In this document: positions 60,021 to 64,000 of the stretch, piece after piece
How the letters are laid out: every line of letters begins with the position of its first letter
Position numbering within the stretch: position 1 is the first letter of the stretch
NCBI GenBank assembly: GCA_918797485.1
Contig: CAKKNE010000002.1
Span: 4,464,001-4,528,000, forward strand
Source: Pelagomonas calceolata
Lineage: Eukaryota
Reading direction: 5' to 3'
Length of the DNA: 64,000 bases
Position numbers and translations under genes: made by a program
The notes under the pieces: generated by a model
What the model saw: only the letters and a program-made list of their open reading frames with translations
Told to the model about the DNA's origin: nothing
Databases searched by the model: none

Positions 60021-60181
60021 GTCGGAGCGATGCGTCTGCGCATTTGCGGTGGTGGCGTGCCGGTAGAGTGTGCAGTACCGGCGTGGCCTCACGCCGTCAA
60101 TGCGATGTTACCGGTCGGAGCGATGCGTTTGCGCGTTGCGGTGATGGCGTGCCGGCGTGACCTCACGCCGTCGATGCGATG
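60021..60181. repeat. Imperfect direct repeats between convergent genes
   Basis: GTCGGAGCGATGCGT.TGCGC..TTGCGGTG.TGGCGTGCCGG twice and CCGGCGTG.CCTCACGCCGTC.ATGCGATG twice. Confidence 0.6.
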
Positions 60182-61795
60182 CTACCACATGCGAAACCCA
60201 TACTGGTAGTAGAACTTGTCCTCGGCCTCGCGCCACTCCTCGACAGAGCCAGTCTTTCCGTAGCCGGCGTTGCCGTACCAGTTGTACAACTCGTCGCCGC
60301 AGCGCGGGTCGTAGCCCCGCGGCGCGCGCACAACGAGGTCGTCTCCATCGCTCGTCGACTGCACCGCGAGGCCCGACACTGATATACTCTGCAATCGCTC
60401 GGGCAGTGTTGTGGATGACGGGTGGTTGAAGAGGTCCGCAACGGGCGCGAGCGCCGGGTTCAGGCCGTCGCGGAGATGACTCAAGTCGAAGGCCCGCGTC
60501 AGCACGAGGAGACACGCGCGGAACGACACATGCTCATCAACCGGCGCGAGGCGACGCACGCTCTCCGAGGCCTCGGTCAGCTGCCTGAGTGTGTCCTCCA
60601 GGAGGGCGTCGCCCTCCATTTCACCCCGTTGACACCGCTCGACGGGGTGGTCGCGCAGCGAGTCCCTCCCTTCAAGGCCCCAGTCGAGGCTGAGCGCGTG
60701 CGGCCGCCACCGCTCGCACGACGCGACGCCGACGTACGCCGCGGCCAGGGCGCCGGCCAGGAGGCACTGCGGCGGCCCCGCGAAGTCGTGCGCGTCCAAA
60801 GCCTCCGCGGCCGCTTCGGCGCCCAAAATACTATCAAAGGGCACGCGCGCGAGCTCGTCGTTCCGCCGCAGGTCGCGCGCCGCGTAGACGCCCCGGCCGC
60901 CCCTACCGTCCGCCGCGATGCGACACCTTGATAGGTCTACGGTGCACGTCGTAAAGGAGGCCAAATCAGCTAATGCAGCGGCGTCGACGCGCGGCGCCGC
61001 GATTAAGGCCGGCGATTTTTGTATAAGGTCTTCCTGCGTGTCGGCGTCCGGCGCCGGCGCCAGCGCGCAGTACAACAACGCCCTATGTTCAACACCAGAA
61101 GTCTTCTTCGCCCCGAAATGCAACAACGACGCGTCGTAGGCGATGACGTCTCCCACACCAAAGGGCGCGCTCCGCTTGATATTATCAGATCGGTCCGCGA
61201 AGACCGTCGCGCCGGCGTCGCCGTCTTCTACGTCATCCAGAGCCACAAATAATACAATACGGTTGGGGATGCCGCCCCACGTGTCCCTATGTAAAGCTTG
61301 ATGAGTGGCGCCGATCGACGCCGTCAGCGCGCCGAGCTCCACTATTTCTAGCGGACCGGTTCCCTCTAGTAAAGTGCGGGCTTTTTCGACACCAGCGAGG
61401 CATGCTTTAATTGCTGTCGCCGCGACATTGCTTACTACCGGTTCTTCGATCGGCAATAGTAGATCAGCTCTACTACCAGCGAAGGACAGCCGCATGGGTG
61501 TTGAGAGAGAAAGACGTGTCCCGGGCACGAAGCGGGCGTCTTCCGGTACTGCGTCTTCGACGGCGAGCCATTTTTCTACTTCTGCTCGGAGCTCTCTACA
61601 ACATTCCTTGTCTACAATATTGTTGACGCGGGCGACGCCGTTGTTTAATAGGTCCTGGCCCAGATCATTTGATGGCTTTAGTGGAGTCGCTACTGCTGCG
61701 AGCGCGGCCTCGTTGCCCTGCTTGGCGGCGGGCTTGGTCGTTGCGGAGAGGGCCGCTGTCGTTGCGAGCAGTGTGAACCATCGCAGGGCATGCAT
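60182..61795 (-). CDS. PhyH-like Fe(II)/2-oxoglutarate dioxygenase fused to SET-domain methyltransferase, with signal peptide
   Basis: QALHRD...LLHFG...R facial triad; GRGVYAARDL, LAPVADLFNH, ELYNWYG SET motifs. Confidence 0.8.
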   Translation of the reverse strand: MHALRWFTLLATTAALSATTKPAAKQGNEAALAAVATPLKPSNDLGQDLLNNGVARVNNIVDKECCRELRAEVEKWLAVEDAVPEDARFVPGTRLSLSTPMRLSFAGSRADLLLPIEEPVVSNVAATAIKACLAGVEKARTLLEGTGPLEIVELGALTASIGATHQALHRDTWGGIPNRIVLFVALDDVEDGDAGATVFADRSDNIKRSAPFGVGDVIAYDASLLHFGAKKTSGVEHRALLYCALAPAPDADTQEDLIQKSPALIAAPRVDAAALADLASFTTCTVDLSRCRIAADGRGGRGVYAARDLRRNDELARVPFDSILGAEAAAEALDAHDFAGPPQCLLAGALAAAYVGVASCERWRPHALSLDWGLEGRDSLRDHPVERCQRGEMEGDALLEDTLRQLTEASESVRRLAPVDEHVSFRACLLVLTRAFDLSHLRDGLNPALAPVADLFNHPSSTTLPERLQSISVSGLAVQSTSDGDDLVVRAPRGYDPRCGDELYNWYGNAGYGKTGSVEEWREAEDKFYYQYGFRMW

Positions 61796-62216
61796 TTTAG
61801 CTGCAGTGCTTTGAAATGCTACAGTGCAGTGCGTCTTCGTGCGGCGCTCTCACTGAGTCTCAGCGCAGTGCTCTCAGTGTGTGCAGCGCCTCAAGTGCAT
61901 GCCGAGCACCACATGCCTCAAATACGCGTCGGCAGCGCGGAAGTCGAACAATAAAAGGCCGGATCCAGCCCAAATGAGCACTGATGATGCTCTGTACCGC
62001 GAGTGCAGCAGCCGCGGACACGAGCTTGTGAGCTTGTGGTCGGGTTTTGGCGCAATCAGCTCTCCAATGAGCTCCTGCGAGACTGTCGTACGTCCCCCGC
62101 ATGACTCCCATCCGCCGGTACCCCTTCAAATAATTTGCAGCGCTCTTTGAGCACTCTGAGATCAGGTCTGCAGCGGCCCTGAACGTCAGGTGTTCCGTCC
62201 GCGACAAGCCGCGCCG

Positions 62217-63680
62217 ATGGCCGCCGCGATGGCGCAGCCGCGCCCCATTCCACCCCCGACGGGGGCAGCGCCAACCCACGAGGTCTGGGAGGTAGCAGAA
62301 CCGCCCTTAGCAGAACCTGAAGCGCCGCTCCCAGGAACCTCCCATTGGCAGAACCTCCCACGCACCATCCGCCGCGAGGGCGAGGCCGCCGCCGCCGCGC
62401 GCGCGGCGGCCCTGGCGGCGCAGGCCGGGGCGCGGCCCGCGGTCGCGCCGCTGCCGCTGCCGCGCGCGCTAAGGCGAGAGGGCCCGCCGCTGCCGCGCTA
62501 CAATAGGGAAGGAGAGGCCGCCGCCGCGGCGCGCGCGGCCGCTGTAGCAAGAGCCGCGCTCGACGCCCTGCCGCAGCCGCCGGCTCACCGCCTCGACCCG
62601 ATTACACCAAGACGTAGGGTCAATGCGAACATCCACCTGTCGCTGACGACGGAGTTCGCGACTCTTGTTGGTGAAACTCCACCCTCCTTCCCCTGTCCTA
62701 GTCGTCGGAGGAACGGGCCTACGTTACACGTCTCACTGCAGCCGGAATTTGCAGAGCTCCTGGGCCTGGAGGAGTCGGACGAGGACGACGACGACAGATC
62801 TATTCTATCCGCTGTGTCCTTCAGCGCGCGGTGCGTGCCTATTGATGAAGAGGAACGGCCGCGCTCCGCCGGTAGCACGGTGTCATTCCGAGTACGGCCG
62901 ACGTCTCCAGCAAGTGTCGTCAGCGAGGACATCGAGGCCGACGCGACGTGGTGCGGCAACTGGCGTTCTCGAAGGGCGGCGCAGGAGCCCGAGGACGAGA
63001 TGGACGTCACGTCATTGAGGACGGCGTTGGCGCTCGCGCGGCGCGACGCCGCCGCAGCGAGAGCCGACGCCGCCGCGGCGAGGAGACATGCGAGACGGCG
63101 AGCGGGCGCCGCCCGAGCGGACGCTTTAGCAGCTCGAAGATCAGCGCGCGACGCGGCCGAGGCCTTCGATGCCGTGGCCGAGGCGGCCGCGGCGGCTGCC
63201 CGGGACGCGTCTCGCGCGCGCTCGAATCAAGCAGCAGCAGAAGCGGCCCACGCGGCAGCTAGAGCGCAACTACGCCGCGCTAGGGACGGCGAGGTCTTCG
63301 TGGACGCGCTGGACGCGTTGGAGGCCTTCGACGACGTACCTCCACCACCGCCAAAAGTCGAGCCGCCACTGACTCCGGAAACAGCGTTGACTGCGTGCGA
63401 GCGGGCCTTCCTGCCCCAAAAACTGCAGCCGCTTTCATTAGATGCGTTGGCCGATCTGGATCGGCGCGTCCAACACCTGGGGGATGAACTGAAGCGCCAG
63501 GTCGTCGACCGCGCGCGCTGCGGCGACGAGGCGTCCCAGTGCGCGCTGTGTTGCTCGGCTTCCAAATCAATTGCGTTTGTCGACTGCGGCCACGCCGTCT
63601 GCGGCGCGTGCGTCGAGCGCGTCGACCGGTGTCCTTTTTGTAGAGGGCCTGCGCAGCCGACGATCCGCATACACCTCTGA
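62217..63680 (+). CDS. C-terminal C3HC4 RING finger protein (putative E3 ligase)
   Basis: CALCC...CGHAVCGAC...CPFCR; Ala-rich coiled coil; N-terminal duplication REGEAAAAARAAA. Confidence 0.8.
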   Translation: MAAAMAQPRPIPPPTGAAPTHEVWEVAEPPLAEPEAPLPGTSHWQNLPRTIRREGEAAAAARAAALAAQAGARPAVAPLPLPRALRREGPPLPRYNREGEAAAAARAAAVARAALDALPQPPAHRLDPITPRRRVNANIHLSLTTEFATLVGETPPSFPCPSRRRNGPTLHVSLQPEFAELLGLEESDEDDDDRSILSAVSFSARCVPIDEEERPRSAGSTVSFRVRPTSPASVVSEDIEADATWCGNWRSRRAAQEPEDEMDVTSLRTALALARRDAAAARADAAAARRHARRRAGAARADALAARRSARDAAEAFDAVAEAAAAAARDASRARSNQAAAEAAHAAARAQLRRARDGEVFVDALDALEAFDDVPPPPPKVEPPLTPETALTACERAFLPQKLQPLSLDALADLDRRVQHLGDELKRQVVDRARCGDEASQCALCCSASKSIAFVDCGHAVCGACVERVDRCPFCRGPAQPTIRIHL

Positions 63681-63737
63681 ATTCGAATTCCCTTCCCCCC
63701 TGTTGCTGCTGGACATAAGGTCTACTCTACACAAGTC

Positions 63738-64000
63738 TTAGAAGAAGGGAGGGCATTTCGACGCGTAGGATCCCTCGAGAGTTCCCCCACGGCTCTTGAG
63801 GAGGCGACGGGCGCTCACAATGTTTGCGCTGCAGACGCTTCCCGAGGAAAGTTCACGACGGTTATAATACCCAACTTGCTTCAAGTTCGGGCAGCCCTGT
63901 ACGATGCCCAGCAACTCCGCCGCGCCCCATTCAGCAGCCAAAGTAGAACTAACAGTTGCCTTGCGGAGACTCGCCGCTGAAGAACTTTTGACTATGATGT
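63738..64000 (-). CDS. C-terminal end of a probable LRR/F-box-type protein (partial)
   Basis: Frame appears open to window end; IVQGCPNLKQV resembles an LRR cap. Confidence 0.35.
   Translation of the reverse strand, partial: IIVKSSSAASLRKATVSSTLAAEWGAAELLGIVQGCPNLKQVGYYNRRELSSGSVCSANIVSARRLLKSRGGTLEGSYASKCPPFF

Overview
GC-rich, gene-dense eukaryotic nuclear DNA, most consistent with a pelagophyte alga (Pelagomonas/Aureococcus-like; inferred from style, bipartite plastid presequences, mannitol-1-P dehydrogenase and introner-type introns). About 28 protein-coding genes; no rRNA, tRNA or CRISPR seen. The ORF track is fragmented by at least 30 spliceosomal introns that I placed by hand. All end in CGCAG/CACAG and are followed by G; five are clear MITE-like introners with CTGTGTGGAAATC...GATTTCCACACAG inverted repeats and 8-bp target-site duplications. 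Highlights: (1) a ~4,690-aa gene (7234-23584, 14 introns) combining LRR, IQ, C2, discoidin-like, split Ig, MORN and a motor-less dynein stalk/microtubule-binding domain; (2) a myristoylated RelA/SpoT-like nucleotidyltransferase-LRR-WWE protein between two damaged ankyrin paralogs (candidate alarmone/immune locus); (3) a sugar-phosphate cyclase with 2-deoxy-scyllo-inosose synthase-type motifs next to a CDP-alcohol phosphotransferase/CREST fusion; (4) a recurrent CTAG-flanked ~24-bp motif upstream of many genes; (5) two genes with single in-frame stops and a synonymously diverged relic of a gene 3' end. All domain calls are by-eye motif recognition, not database searches.
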